NCBI GenBank assembly: GCA_002256025.1
Contig: NKIB01006075.1
Location: forward strand, 1 to 64,000
DNA from: Asterionella formosa
Taxonomy: Eukaryota
Direction: 5' to 3'
Length of the DNA stretch: 64,000 nt
Notes under the pieces: model-generated
Databases searched by the model: none
Told to the model about the DNA's origin: nothing
Seen by the model: the letters and a program-made list of their open reading frames with translations, nothing else
Part shown: one piece after another, positions 13,559 through 25,403 of the stretch
Numbering within the stretch: the stretch's first letter is position 1
How the letters are laid out: the number at the start of each line of letters is the position of its first letter
Position numbers and translations under genes: made by a program

Positions 13559-15070
13559 CTAGTCCTTAGTATTGCACAAAACATTCAAGAATATGTTGTT
13601 CAATTCCTCATAAACCCATGGATTGAAATGTAAAGCATCCCAAAAGACACTACTCCATTCTTGATAATACCACATTTTGCCATTTTCCTGCTTCGGTGGT
13701 GGAGGATGCATTTGAGGAAGACCATAGAATTCCTTGGTCAGATGTGATGCATCAAAGATTCCACACCCCGCCTTTATGGTTGCATCCCTTATTGATTTCA
13801 CCTCTTCATGTCGAAAACTTCGTTCTGCATGAGGGGAGGTTGTAGTAGTTTTGAAGAAACAACGTCCACTTTCACCACCCGCAAAGTGATGCAACAGTGG
13901 CATGATAATGTCGGCTTGGTCTTTATTTAACATGCCCCAAAGGCCTCGATTGTACATGACAATGTCCACATCTGGAAGAATATGTTGTAGCGAACTAGTA
14001 GGACTGCTTTCATTCAATGCCTGATACAATGGTGCACTCCAATCAAAGTCTTCGGCACGCTGACGGCCAATGAGATGCTCATTATCCTCCTCAGTCATTC
14101 GACATGTCCCTTTGTATGCACAATCAGTAAAATTCCATCCTTGAACAGGATTGGGATCTGATCCCCATCCAAGTTCAAAAATGAAACTCAAAATTACTTT
14201 TCCTCCTTCAGGAACACCAACATCATCCGATACATACAAAAAATTCTCAACATGTACAGACGAAGGGGCTGTGTTTGGGTCATTTTCCTTTCTGGCACAT
14301 GAACATTGCAATCTTCCATTACATGTTCCACCATCTATACCACCACCCAAATCACGATGGTATGTTTGGAAATTTTCCCAATCATTTTTCATACACACAT
14401 TGGGTTCAGCAGTTAGAGAACATGTAGCTTCCCCTTGTTCATTGATATGAGTACAATTTTTTTCTTTCCCAAATCTAGGTGGATATTTCCCATGTTCAAT
14501 GAAGTATGCCAAACTGATGAATTGATATCTAGTCAATGAATCTCCAATGAAGGAAACATGTCTCTTGGCCAAGCACTGACGTGCTTCTGACGCAGTATAT
14601 CGATGTAAATGACATGTAACGGGTTGATTTAATTGCCTTGAGCCATCGGCTCGAAGGGTCCACGAATTCGGTGTAGAATCTCTACTAGTCAGGAACGATC
14701 CGTCAGCTACTGGAGAATTAGGTGCATTCATTAAGGATCGACAGGTGGGAAGTGTCTGTATAGTTGTTGTTGGTGTAGTCCTGGCGCTAGTGCCAGCAAT
14801 TGCATCTTCCAATATTTTCACTTGTGCTCGCAGAGTGGAAATGTCAAGTAGACTTTGATTGAGCAAGTAGGATAAGGATGGATCTTGTTGCGCTTTAGTA
14901 GTAGCAAACACCATCACCTGCTGTCTGTTGGGGTCAAAAATTGATTGTAGTAATCGTGCGCCCGAGAACAATTGGAAGCCAATCAAACCTACAAACACTA
15001 CTGATATTGGAAGCGACAAGTGCAGCGACTTGTTAGTTCTTGTTTTCCCCTGCTGCTGAATTAACTCCAT
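13559..15070 (-). CDS. Type II membrane protein with SGNH / PC-esterase-like fold (putative polysaccharide O-acyltransferase or esterase)
   Basis: N-terminal signal anchor, FIGDSLTRYQF (GDS motif) and C-terminal WDALHF (DxxH motif); first ATG at 15070. Confidence 0.7.
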   Translation of the reverse strand: MELIQQQGKTRTNKSLHLSLPISVVFVGLIGFQLFSGARLLQSIFDPNRQQVMVFATTKAQQDPSLSYLLNQSLLDISTLRAQVKILEDAIAGTSARTTPTTTIQTLPTCRSLMNAPNSPVADGSFLTSRDSTPNSWTLRADGSRQLNQPVTCHLHRYTASEARQCLAKRHVSFIGDSLTRYQFISLAYFIEHGKYPPRFGKEKNCTHINEQGEATCSLTAEPNVCMKNDWENFQTYHRDLGGGIDGGTCNGRLQCSCARKENDPNTAPSSVHVENFLYVSDDVGVPEGGKVILSFIFELGWGSDPNPVQGWNFTDCAYKGTCRMTEEDNEHLIGRQRAEDFDWSAPLYQALNESSPTSSLQHILPDVDIVMYNRGLWGMLNKDQADIIMPLLHHFAGGESGRCFFKTTTTSPHAERSFRHEEVKSIRDATIKAGCGIFDASHLTKEFYGLPQMHPPPPKQENGKMWYYQEWSSVFWDALHFNPWVYEELNNIFLNVLCNTKD

Positions 15071-15688
15071 GCTGATGACGATGATAGGAGTGTTGAAACC
15101 ACAAGATAGAACTGTCTTCAATTGTGTCTATAAGACAACAATGCCCAGAAAACAGTCTCCGAGGGTGGTTTTATCAATGTAAACGATCATATCGTAAATT
15201 TGTTAGCGTACCTTTCTGACTTCAGTTGAATACATATAATACATATGTACCGGCAGTAAGAACTCGGAAGTTTAGTACACACCACCCACCCGGACGTACT
15301 GATAGTCTACCAGCAATTCCCGCTCAAGGTGTCGTTTTGCCACTCGGATATTTCTAAGTAATTTTAAGGCTCTAAGTAATTTTTATTTAGGGGCAATATG
15401 GTCGGGGCATATCGAATTTTTCCGCATTAAAAATTGCAGATTTTAGCATTACAGCCAGAATAACGGTAATAAATACATGGGAATGGCAAAACAAGGGTTA
15501 AACACATGAGAATGATTGAAACCTGCAATATCAATAAAAATTGAACATGATGTTTGGAGCAACCAAAGAATGACATGCAATGTAATAAGTAGCGTCAAAT
15601 TAGAAATAGAAAAAATTGTTTTGGGTAAGGAATAAAGTAAAAAATATGAGTTTTAGTGGAGACATCATGCATTGTAGCTTACACCACA

Positions 15689-15784
15689 CCAGCAAGTTAT
15701 GGTAATTTTGCTTAAACTAATAATTTGACTATCTTTATCCCATATTAAATTGTTTGTTTAAGCAAAATGACCGCATCTTGCAGG
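15689..15784. mobile_element. MITE copy 3 (flanked by CA...CA)
   Basis: CCAGCAAGTTATGGTAATTTTGCT ... AGCAAAATGACCGCATCTTGCAGG. Confidence 0.85.
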
Positions 15785-16798
15785 CAACATTGACTTTCCA
15801 TCACACAATTATAGAACAAAATAATAGAGAAAAGTGTAAAAACTGAACCCATTTGAGATCTGCATTGTAATAATGTAGATGATCTGGTTGGTGCAACCAT
15901 GCATATAGCTGTAGTAGTAGCCTGACACAAGTAGCAATCCTTCTGCCCACAGTTGTTCCTCCCACCAAACAACCCTGATCATTCCATTCCAATACATTCT
16001 TAGCAAGCATGATCGCCAGGCTGCTCTAGCACTATTGACTCCCTCTAGCTGAATATACATAGCTTGTGATACAAACTTGTGGTAGAAAGGTGCGTATCAA
16101 ACAAGCGTGTTAGTACAAGAAAAGCATTGCTTGGTGGCAATATTGACATTATGGTCAATGACTATACAAATCAACAAATAAGATCAACAACAATAGATCT
16201 TCTAAGAGTAGGCATTGATACATACATTGGCCCTTGTGTAGATAAATAAAATCGAAACAAAACAACAGTACAGAATGACAAACAATGATGGAAGCAATCA
16301 AATCGGAAATTCGATTTATAGGATCTACATTCCACATTCAGTGTTTCACTGTTGTACACTCACCAATTCGCTCTAAATAGCATAGCAAGCAGCAGATGAT
16401 GGGATCAAAAGAAAATCGAAAGGTCCTTGTTGCAAGCCCAAATTGAGCAATGGTAGCTACTGGTAGGCAGGATAGAGTGAGAATTATAATTGTGAGGACG
16501 AAATCGGGCATGCATAAAATCAATGAATACAGTATATGAAAACGACCGATATGCATAATTTAACATTCTGGTCTCGTCTAGATAATACCGAGTCTACAGC
16601 ATAAGTATTGTCACGTGTTCAAAGTAACCCAGCCTCGAACACATTTACCGGTAGTAGCGGTATTGGTTTTGACCTAAAATGTGCATGATGTGCCGTATGA
16701 CCATACCAGTACGACGCTTTCCTTATCATCTTTTGGCAAACAAAGATAGAATAACAACAAGCCAGCAACGAATCAAACCCAAAGTCCACACCGCCAGC

Positions 16799-17986
16799 AT
16801 GATGCTCCTTCGCAGTCATGCCTTATTCCTCTCGCTTCTCCTTCTCGTTCACACACTTCATGCATCAGTGCCAGCAACAACGTCTGCAATCCCAACGACT
16901 CGGCATGGATGGATTGGAACTACATCGTCACCAACATCGCACGATGTCATTTCTGCAATCAACACAACAGCATCGACCTCGTCGTCATTGTCAAACGCAG
17001 AGAACAACAAAAGCAGCAGCAGCAGTTCTATTCCGATCTGGAAGCAAACACTGCCACCTCCACTCAATACTCGCAAAACATTGCATCGCATCATGATTCC
17101 TTTGTCGCCGTCGACTCATGCAACTGTCTACTTACTGGGCACATCTCATGTGTCCAATGATTCGTCCGCCGATGTCCGTCTCTTGTTACACGAAATATCT
17201 CCTGATGTGGTATTTTTGGAACTTTGCGATCAACGAATCCCCCTCCTAACAAACACGCCTATTACTAGTACTACTTGTGAACTACCAAATAATGACAACG
17301 CAAACAACACAAGCACACTCTCCTTTTGGCAAAAGGTCCAACAAATACAATCCACATCGGGCATGTCTAGAGGATCGGCTATAGGGACATTGCTGCTAAC
17401 TCAGGTTCAAGATGACTATGCTGAATCCTTGGGAGTGGAATTAGGAGGAGAGTTCAAGGTGGCATGGAATTATTGCGTCGACAAAAAACCTATTGTAATT
17501 CTTGGTGATCGACCATTGCAAATTACATTGATGCGAGCGTGGGAATCACTGCGATGGTTTGGGAAACTCAAGGTCCTGTTTGGGTTGATTTGGAGTTCAT
17601 TACAAAAGCCGAATCCAGAAGAATTACGACAATGGATGCAAAAAATATTGCAAGACGGCGACACAGATGTCTTGACAGAAAGTATGGCGGAACTTGCCAA
17701 GTCGTTTCCGTCGTTGGAACGAGTGATTTTGAAAGAACGAGATGCCTACTTGGCTTGTAAATTGTATCAAACATGCCGATATTTGGATCGTTCGCGTGAT
17801 CAGACCATTGTGGCAATCGTTGGAGCTGGACATACACCAGGGATATGTGATTGGTTAACCAATGGAAATGGACAACCTCCAGAAGTCATTTTGAGAGATC
17901 GCGTGCAAACAAAAAAATGGAAAAATCATGATGTGGAAACATTGGTCCAGGAAGTGACGCAATTACCAGTGGATGCTTTCCTATGA
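16799..17986 (+). CDS. TraB/PrgY family protein with N-terminal signal peptide
   Basis: Motifs VYLLGTSHVS, PDVVFLELC, GGEF, LGDRP.ITL.R, ERDAYL and VAIVGAGH. Likely start MMLLRSH; the ORF track start at 16679 is a GTG-adjacent upstream alternative. Confidence 0.9.
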   Translation: MMLLRSHALFLSLLLLVHTLHASVPATTSAIPTTRHGWIGTTSSPTSHDVISAINTTASTSSSLSNAENNKSSSSSSIPIWKQTLPPPLNTRKTLHRIMIPLSPSTHATVYLLGTSHVSNDSSADVRLLLHEISPDVVFLELCDQRIPLLTNTPITSTTCELPNNDNANNTSTLSFWQKVQQIQSTSGMSRGSAIGTLLLTQVQDDYAESLGVELGGEFKVAWNYCVDKKPIVILGDRPLQITLMRAWESLRWFGKLKVLFGLIWSSLQKPNPEELRQWMQKILQDGDTDVLTESMAELAKSFPSLERVILKERDAYLACKLYQTCRYLDRSRDQTIVAIVGAGHTPGICDWLTNGNGQPPEVILRDRVQTKKWKNHDVETLVQEVTQLPVDAFL

Positions 17987-18299
17987 TTTTTATTGTGTTG
18001 CTGGAAGCAAACATTTGCAATATGCTGGCCTTTTGCACAGTGTCGGCCTCATATTATCATTGCAAGCACGGATAATGCAGCATTTATTCATGAAACTTGT
18101 TTTTCAAACAAGACTTTGCTTCACCCATTGGTATAGAGTCCCATAGTAAGTTGATATCATGTTTGCTAATTAATGGTCAAGTTCATTAACAAAAGAATCA
18201 CCCTTGATTATAAAAGGAACATAATGATCCACGAGGTGTAGAAGTCTTTTCCATTAAAAATCAATTTCATTTGTTTTGTTTAGCATACAGTTACCTGGT

Positions 18300-20104
18300 A
18301 CTATCAGTATTGTAATAAGCTAACAGCAATGTTCAAAGGTTCACTTACATCAATCACACCATCCTGTTTTTCTTTGAGCCGTTTTTCCATTTATATCTTT
18401 TCCTACAATACTGGTACTCTTACCTAGACTTTACAACAAACTGCAATGGTGATCCGTTTCACCAGCAAGCTTTAACATATAGTTTGATCATGCTCTGATG
18501 GTTAACTTTCCAAAATTGATTTATTCTTGCCGCTGTTGCCCAAATTTTGCACTGCGCTTCTGTTGGTTGCGTATCTTCTTCCTCTGAATGGTGAATTGCA
18601 CTTTTCCTTCCCTTGCTAGTAAGATAGTACCCCCGCAGCTTTAAAATTAGGCCCAGTTGATTTTGTTGTTCTATTGCCTTTAAAATCCTTCCTTTCGTTG
18701 ATTCTGAAGATCCGTGGTCGAAATTGATTTAAAAAATTCTCAGTGCTTTGAGATATTATGTGGTTTATGCAGATGAAACGCATTTTCCCACCTGAACTTG
18801 CTGCACTCTGGAGTACATTGCTGATAGTCTTGTCTCTGACTTGTACTACCTATGCTGTGGACTCTGACACTCGATAATATGTTCATTTGTTTCCTCATGT
18901 AAACTCCACAATAAAAATCTGATTCTCAATAGGGCAGCTGCACTGCTGTCAGTCCACATCTGTACCTCTGACGTCATGTCTATCTCAAAATGATTTATAA
19001 ATGCCTACAAAATTTGAGAACCGATGCTAGTCCACATATTTCGCCTAGAGTTGAGCTGTTTTGAGAAGAACCGCCATCAAGCAACCAGTCCCGCATAGGC
19101 CGCTTTTTGAGTAGGAATGGAGTGTTGAGAGCTCTGAGTATGCAGCGTCCATGCAAAGGAGCATCTAGAGTCCGATTCCATGAAACAATCTGCAGCCACT
19201 TTAATTTTTAGTCCTAGCTGTAAATGATGTCTTAGCCTCATTTCTGATGCTGGGCTCAGCTAGAGTCCGATTCCATGGAACAATCTGCAGCCACTTTAAT
19301 TTTTAATCCTAGCTGTAAATGACGTCTTAGCCTCATTTCTGATGCTGGGCTCATGACATTATGCTGAACCAATCTTTGTTCTTGTTGTGAAAGTGATTGA
19401 AGTGTTTGACTCCATGGTGGCTGTATGTATGCCTGGTCGGTGCATTTGCTTCCATGGATTAAAATCAAGTGTGCAATAGGCAACACTGCCATTGTCATTT
19501 ATATCACATAATAAATTATCCTTCAGTTAGTCGAACCCCATGTTGCCCTGCTCTGTTTGATCAAATTTCATAGTCTGCAGTCCTTGCAACCTATTTGGAA
19601 ACACCTTCCAAAATTTTGCGTTCTCATCCAAAACCCAAAAATTTTTCCTTCCAACTGGATGTATGTTGGCCAGTCTTGGGTTGCTTGTGTTGTCCATTTT
19701 CCCAGCGGTTTTCATAACATCAGCTTTCTCTCAGAGCCATTAGTAAGAAAAAATCTTTGCACTGCTAGCTTCCAATGCTGTTTTTGCTGGTCCGTAGGTG
19801 TAGGTTGAGTAGGACATTCCCATTTTTTTGTTCTGTGTGTAATTCTTTTGCATGCTAGAATTTCTGGCTGGAGTCTTTTCCCATCTGCTGTTGCAATATC
19901 TGCAACTGATGAGACTTGAAGATACATTCTACAGGTGTTGAGATGAAATAGTCTGTGTTTGTTCAAACCTCTTTCTGCAAAAATTTGCATGATCATTGAG
20001 TCTCGATGACATTGACGACCTGGACTGCAGGCATTGCTGCTTTCAAGCTGAAAGCTATTAGTCCCCAAAAGACTTGTCATGTTAGTGAGCCATGCATCCA
20101 TCAA
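18300..20104 (-). mobile_element. Degenerate non-LTR retrotransposon 3' region (post-RT domain, RNase H-like, zinc-knuckle remnant)
   Basis: LNTCRMYLQV..VADIATADG, W..P.QP.P...Q...W, AADCS...SFAW, VWTDS and EETNEHIIEC; many stops. Left boundary approximate. Confidence 0.7.
19165..19353. repeat. Tandem duplication, 2 x about 94 bp
   Basis: CTAGAGTCCGATTCCATG...GATGCTGGGCTCA at 19165-19258 and 19260-19353, with few mismatches. Confidence 0.9.
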
Positions 20105-20122
20105 GTAAGGTACCAGTAGGTA

Positions 20123-20860
20123 CCACTTAAAAACTGTAAGCCACCGTTATTATACTCCATCTTCCGACTAAAAAATATTCAAGTAATATAACAATCGAAA
20201 CCTGATGCAAGTACGAAGTGTATGTTACACGATGCACTCTTTTGTACGAATAAGTAATCACTTTCGATTCAGTGTATAAAGCCATGAAGATCTAATTTTT
20301 TTAAAGTCATTAAGATTGTTGCATAGCGGTGGCTTACAGTGCATATTTTTCTATACATACATGAGTATATTTTCCCCCCAAACCGTGATTATTTTTACTC
20401 AGTTTATACTACAGAAACTATTTTCGTATTACTTTACCTTTTTTGCGCGATGCAGTATGCTTTTTGCGCTTGCATTATCTGCGAATTCTTCTGATGCATA
20501 ATGTATTCGAAAGCACAATGACGTCGTACATACATTTAATAATGCTAAATTAATTCTATGGCAAGAATTTCTCCAAATACATGTGCACGTGTAGAAAGAC
20601 GATGCCAGCTCAATAGAGTAAACATGAAATTTTCCATTTTTCGCAATTTCGCGTCGACAGCAACCTTTGGGCCGTAATAAGTAGTTAACAACTTACACAA
20701 TGCAACAATACAAGTACGTACGCTATATAAATCTGAACAACTCCTTCGTGACAATAATTAACGTATCTTCCAAACTAAGTTCAAACCGTGCGTTTACTCC
20801 GTTTAGAGGTGGCTTACAGTTCAAAAGTCGTCATAGCGGTGGCTTACAGTTTTTAAGTGG
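20123..20860. mobile_element. 738-bp non-autonomous TIR transposon (Tc1/mariner-type TA target)
   Basis: 28-bp TIR CCACTTAAAAACTGTAAGCCACCG(T/C)TAT with one mismatch and TA on both flanks; internal copies of GGTGGCTTACAGT near 20328 and 20808. Confidence 0.9.
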
Positions 20861-21432
20861 TACCAGGTATTGTGCAACATTTCCACACTCCTACCATGTA
20901 CCTGGTACCTTGTACCTGGGGAATCAGGACAGGGTTTCATCTGCGTTGTTACCCCAGAATCAGAGATTTTTACCTCGGCCGGGTGCTGTATCCTATACCG
21001 GTAGACGGTCTTCTAGTATTGGTATCCCTCTCAAAATGACGACAAATCTGCACAATATATGATTTTCTGATGACCCCTCAAATCGTTAAGTGCTTTGTCG
21101 TATTTAATTTTTATATGGAAAGGATGGCCTTCCCAGAAGAGGTCATTATGAGGCTTTGGTCCCCAAATTCATAAGTATCACGAGAGTTCGTGTTGGACCC
21201 CCACAAATGAACAGAAAAACATGCCACATACAATTTTACCATTGTCATGGAATCAGGAGGTGATTGACGAGTGTCTGACAATCGAGAAATTATCATGTGT
21301 CCCTGCTTTACATCGAAGTTATAACCGTCCTGTACCGGACCTCCCGGAATACCTAAATTCCACATCCTACGGCAAGCTGAACTACGAACAGGAAAACCAC
21401 GTCATTTTGCTTGGCCCAATTCATCTCAAGTA

Positions 21433-21527
21433 CCTACAAGTTGAGGTAATTGTGCTGAAACTAAAAGTTTAGCTGTTTTAATACGATATTGAATTGCATT
21501 TTTAAGCAAAATGACCGCTGTTTGCGT
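21433..21527. mobile_element. MITE copy 4 (diverged)
   Basis: TA|CCTACAAGTTGAGGTAATTGTGCT ... AGCAAAATGACCGCTGTTTGCGT|TA, 95 bp. Confidence 0.75.
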
Positions 21528-21939
21528 TACTCGAGTACCGTACAAAGAACCGGTAATGCCTTCTCATGATGACTGCATTTATCTCTTAGAGAGATGGGGA
21601 ACGTGCGACATTGGCAACTGCTGTCTATGTTGGTCGTGTCTCATGCTCGCTTTACGTTTGCATTGTCTCCCGTAACGACCATGTGTGTGAAAGATACTAA
21701 TTTCCTGTCATTTCACAGCACATTGTCAACCTTCTGCAGTACCGGTATACCGGTACATTAAAACACCCGTGCAATATTCCGCAATGACAAAGACGAAACA
21801 AGATCTCTCATAAATTTCAACCCTGGACGAAGAAGTAATACGATATATGACAATCATGTGCCTTGAGAACACAAGCCAAGACTGCAAGAAATTCTTTCAT
21901 CTCTCTATCTCAAGAAACGCTCCTATTCCATTTTCCACT

Positions 21940-22482
21940 ATGGCTAGCACCCCGTTGAAGAAACGATCACTGGTCACCGTCAACACAAGGAACGACAAAG
22001 CAGCTGCGTCCACGAGGAACAAGCGCAATCATGTCGTTGATGTGACTCCAAAAGGCATTCTCAAAAAACCAAAGTACACTCGTCACTCACGTCATTCTAT
22101 CGACAATGCGAACCAACGTGTTGTGAAACGAAATATTCGTTTCTCGACGACTAACGATGACAAGTCGAAGAAGCAACTGGATTTCATGAACCGACTTTAT
22201 CAAGCTTCGGAACGGACAAGGCAGAGTCGGCAGGCACTGAAACTAATCATGGTTTCACAGCCGACTCACTGCAAGTCGTGTTTGGCTCCTGCTGATGCGC
22301 GAACTTCACATCGCATGACATTGACTCAAGTGCTGATGGATGCTGCATTCCAGAATTATTGCATTGTAGACAACGAACAAGTGCAACAATCATTGAAATG
22401 TATCAGCAAAAAGCAAGCGTTGTCGCGTAATTCTGGTAACAACCTTGACCTTTTGCAAATTGCCAGTACCATGTTGACGTAA
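21940..22482 (+). CDS. Hypothetical basic protein
   Basis: ORF with KGILKK and RNIRFS (RVxF-like) motifs; start at 21940 or 21847 is uncertain. Confidence 0.55.
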   Translation: MASTPLKKRSLVTVNTRNDKAAASTRNKRNHVVDVTPKGILKKPKYTRHSRHSIDNANQRVVKRNIRFSTTNDDKSKKQLDFMNRLYQASERTRQSRQALKLIMVSQPTHCKSCLAPADARTSHRMTLTQVLMDAAFQNYCIVDNEQVQQSLKCISKKQALSRNSGNNLDLLQIASTMLT

Positions 22483-22724
22483 AGAGCGCATGGCGTGTAG
22501 CTGAAACTTGAGTCCTGTGTTATTAATGGGGTCTGAAATGAGAACCTATGACTCTGCTGGCTCTGAAGGAGGCGACAAAATATATATACATACATTTTAT
22601 TAGTTACAAACCTAGATATACGCATCATTTCTTTGAAAAGTCAAACTACTCCAACTTTTAAGAAACAAACAAGGGCATTCCTTGCAGTGAAAGAATGTCA
22701 AAAATCAATTGTTAAAAGTAAACT

Positions 22725-24326
22725 TTAGTCTGTGATTGACAACGGCACTTCATCTATCTCCTGGGCCCTCCACCACTTGTTCGCTCTGGCTGTCCCGATC
22801 AACGCCGTTATACATCGGCCTGCAAAGAGCGTGACAATGCCTCGACTCCATATGGCTTCAACAGTCGTGGCTTGGTGAATTTGCCAAACTGCCAAAACGG
22901 AGGACACGAGTGTCCCTCCAGCGAGCCACGTGTATTGATTCGAGCCGACGGAAAGAGACTCCACTACCAATGTCCATGATATTAAAATTTGCTGCCATGC
23001 CAAGTGAGGCATGAGATTCACAAGATGCAGTCTAATGTGTGGATCCTTGGTAAAGATACTTGGCACGACCGTACCCATGATGGTAATTAGTAGGGTACTT
23101 GCGAGTCCTTGAATTGTAGCCACTTTCATCATATACCGTGTCAGAGAGCGTACCTTTGATTGCACCTTTAAATGTCTTCCCATTAGCACTTGTGCAGCTA
23201 CTGCTACTCCGTCCAACCACATTGCAAAGATAAGCCAAAACGAAAGTCCCACTTGATGGGCAGCGACATGAGGTATCCCCAGTCTTGTTGCTCGCGCTGT
23301 GGCATATGCCCATCCCAGTAGCAGCGATCCCTGCTTCGCCATCATGGCCAAGTTGGCGCCAAGAATTGTTAGAATGACTTTTCTTCGATTGACGTGGGCG
23401 TGGCGATTGTCCTCCTTGGTGGGAAGCATCTTCTTGATCCACAAATGATATGCAAATATCAAGGCTGCTCCTAGTTGTGAGATTGCTGTCGCTGCTGCTG
23501 CTCCCTTGACTCCCCAACCAAAGCCAAACATAAGAAGAGGATCGAGCACTAGATTAATCCCAGACGCAACCATGGACGCAATTAATGAAATCCGTGTGTT
23601 TCCGTATCCCCGAAAGGCTCCTTCCGCCACCACCAAGAACAAGACTGCTGGTGCTGCCCACAATCTGGTTGTTAAATAATCAAAAGCTGGCTTATATAGA
23701 TCAGACGACGACGGAATTCCCATTTTCTCCAATGCCCACGTGCCGCCAGCTTTCAGTGAAACCAACACCACCAAGCCAGTGACCAAACCAAAGAGCAAGG
23801 ATAGTTGTGTAACCTGCTTGGCGTCTTCAGGTGATTCTGCACTAGCTATCAAGGACGAAGTGGCAGTGGTGGTCGCGCGAAATGCATTAAAGGCAAGATG
23901 GAAGATGGAAGTGCAAGCTCCTAATGCAGCAAGTTCCGTGGACCCGATGCGACTGACAAAGCCAGTGTCCATTAGTGATAGCAATGGATCTGCCATCATG
24001 GCAATCCATGCGGGAATACAAATAGCCATTGTCGGAGCCAACCAGTTATCCTTGCTGCTTTGCGGTTCATCTGAAGATGAGTCGAGTGTGGCTGTGAAGA
24101 GAGCCACATCATTACGATGGATCCGAAACCTACACGGACGATTGAGTATTGTGAGCTGAGCCTTTTGACGGCGTTTGGTTGGTTGTTGCAACGGCCTGTA
24201 GGACCGCTCCCATTGATGTGCTATTCTAGGGATATTTTGAACTGATGAGGTGGGAGCAAAGCTGTTGGTCCATTTGCTACAGAGCGCTAGCAGTAGCAAC
24301 AGGAGCGCTGATGGTCGATTCATCAT
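22725..24326 (-). CDS. MATE-family efflux transporter (DinF/DTX-like), probably plastid-targeted
   Basis: Motifs ADPLLSLMDTGFV, EGAFRGYG, NLVLDPLL..FGWGV.GAA.AT and AAHQV; signal peptide followed by SFAP. Confidence 0.92.
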   Translation of the reverse strand: MMNRPSALLLLLLALCSKWTNSFAPTSSVQNIPRIAHQWERSYRPLQQPTKRRQKAQLTILNRPCRFRIHRNDVALFTATLDSSSDEPQSSKDNWLAPTMAICIPAWIAMMADPLLSLMDTGFVSRIGSTELAALGACTSIFHLAFNAFRATTTATSSLIASAESPEDAKQVTQLSLLFGLVTGLVVLVSLKAGGTWALEKMGIPSSSDLYKPAFDYLTTRLWAAPAVLFLVVAEGAFRGYGNTRISLIASMVASGINLVLDPLLMFGFGWGVKGAAAATAISQLGAALIFAYHLWIKKMLPTKEDNRHAHVNRRKVILTILGANLAMMAKQGSLLLGWAYATARATRLGIPHVAAHQVGLSFWLIFAMWLDGVAVAAQVLMGRHLKVQSKVRSLTRYMMKVATIQGLASTLLITIMGTVVPSIFTKDPHIRLHLVNLMPHLAWQQILISWTLVVESLSVGSNQYTWLAGGTLVSSVLAVWQIHQATTVEAIWSRGIVTLFAGRCITALIGTARANKWWRAQEIDEVPLSITD

Positions 24327-25067
24327 GGTCGGATTTGTTGTTTAATGTTAAAGATATTACCACTTACTGTCCCTGGTACCGGTATTTTTGTTATCCAATG
24401 CTACATACACCACTGGTAAATACTTTTGCCAGGAGGTATGATAGCAAATAGTACATGTATGCACACTCCGCATTATTATTGTTTGTATGTACGTATGTAC
24501 AGTACAAGGTAGCTGGTAGATGTTCCTACAGTACCAGTACCTGGTACCGGTACCTTAGTCTATCTGGTACCTGGTACCATTGTACAGTGTTCTAGGGAAT
24601 CATCTACTACCGCCTGTAAGAAAAATCTCTTTCCTGTCAATGGTGATACCAGGAAGCAATGCAGCAGCTTGGGTAATGACCGATATAAAAATAAAAACAG
24701 GTAGGCAGGCAGGCCTCCTCCATATGGACATCCGACCGCGTTGTACTGTATGTTTGTTTGCAGTATAATTAGCCAGTGTACTTCTACCTGTTCTATACCC
24801 CTATAGCACTTTGTACCTGGTACCTGGTACCTGGTACTGTACCAATCACGAACACTTGCCTGGGGCCTCCGCTTCGTAATTGTTCGTTCCTTGCGTTGCT
24901 TTATATGATATCGTTTTTGGCTCCGCCCTGACACAAGAGGAGGAGTGTCCGCGTGCAAACATAAATATTCTATACTTTGGTTGCTGTACTGTCTCTCTCT
25001 CACTCTCGTTTGGAAAACAAGTAGAGAATACCCACACTGAAACACTTTTTATAGCAAAGAAGAAAGG

Positions 25068-25403
25068 ATGCCACCACATATTTGGGTTCCCAAAACTCCC
25101 CAGGAACTAACCAAGCACTTGACCAAAGCCACGCGGCACAAGGAGGCTCTCTCCCTTTATCGAGAAATATTAAGAACGGCCAAAGTATTTCACTGGGTCG
25201 AGGAATCATCGGGAGAACCATGGAATGAAAAACTCAAAAAGGAAGCACGGAAGGAATTTGAAGCGTCTAGAGAAGAGAAGGATCCATTGATATTAGCACG
25301 CATGATGGTGACGGGAAGGGATTGCGTTCATCAAATACAGATCAAGTTCAATGCAGCGGACAAGGCAGCAAGGGAACGGATTGAACGAGATAGCAGGAAG
25401 TAA
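25068..25403 (+). CDS. LYR-motif protein (Complex1_LYR family, mitochondrial)
   Basis: ALSLYREILR...ARKEFE...E.DP pattern, 111 aa. Confidence 0.88.
   Translation: MPPHIWVPKTPQELTKHLTKATRHKEALSLYREILRTAKVFHWVEESSGEPWNEKLKKEARKEFEASREEKDPLILARMMVTGRDCVHQIQIKFNAADKAARERIERDSRK

Noticed and set aside
21050..21420. Copia RNase H fragment (TYEFGDQSL)
   Set aside because: One weak motif with no supporting neighbours.
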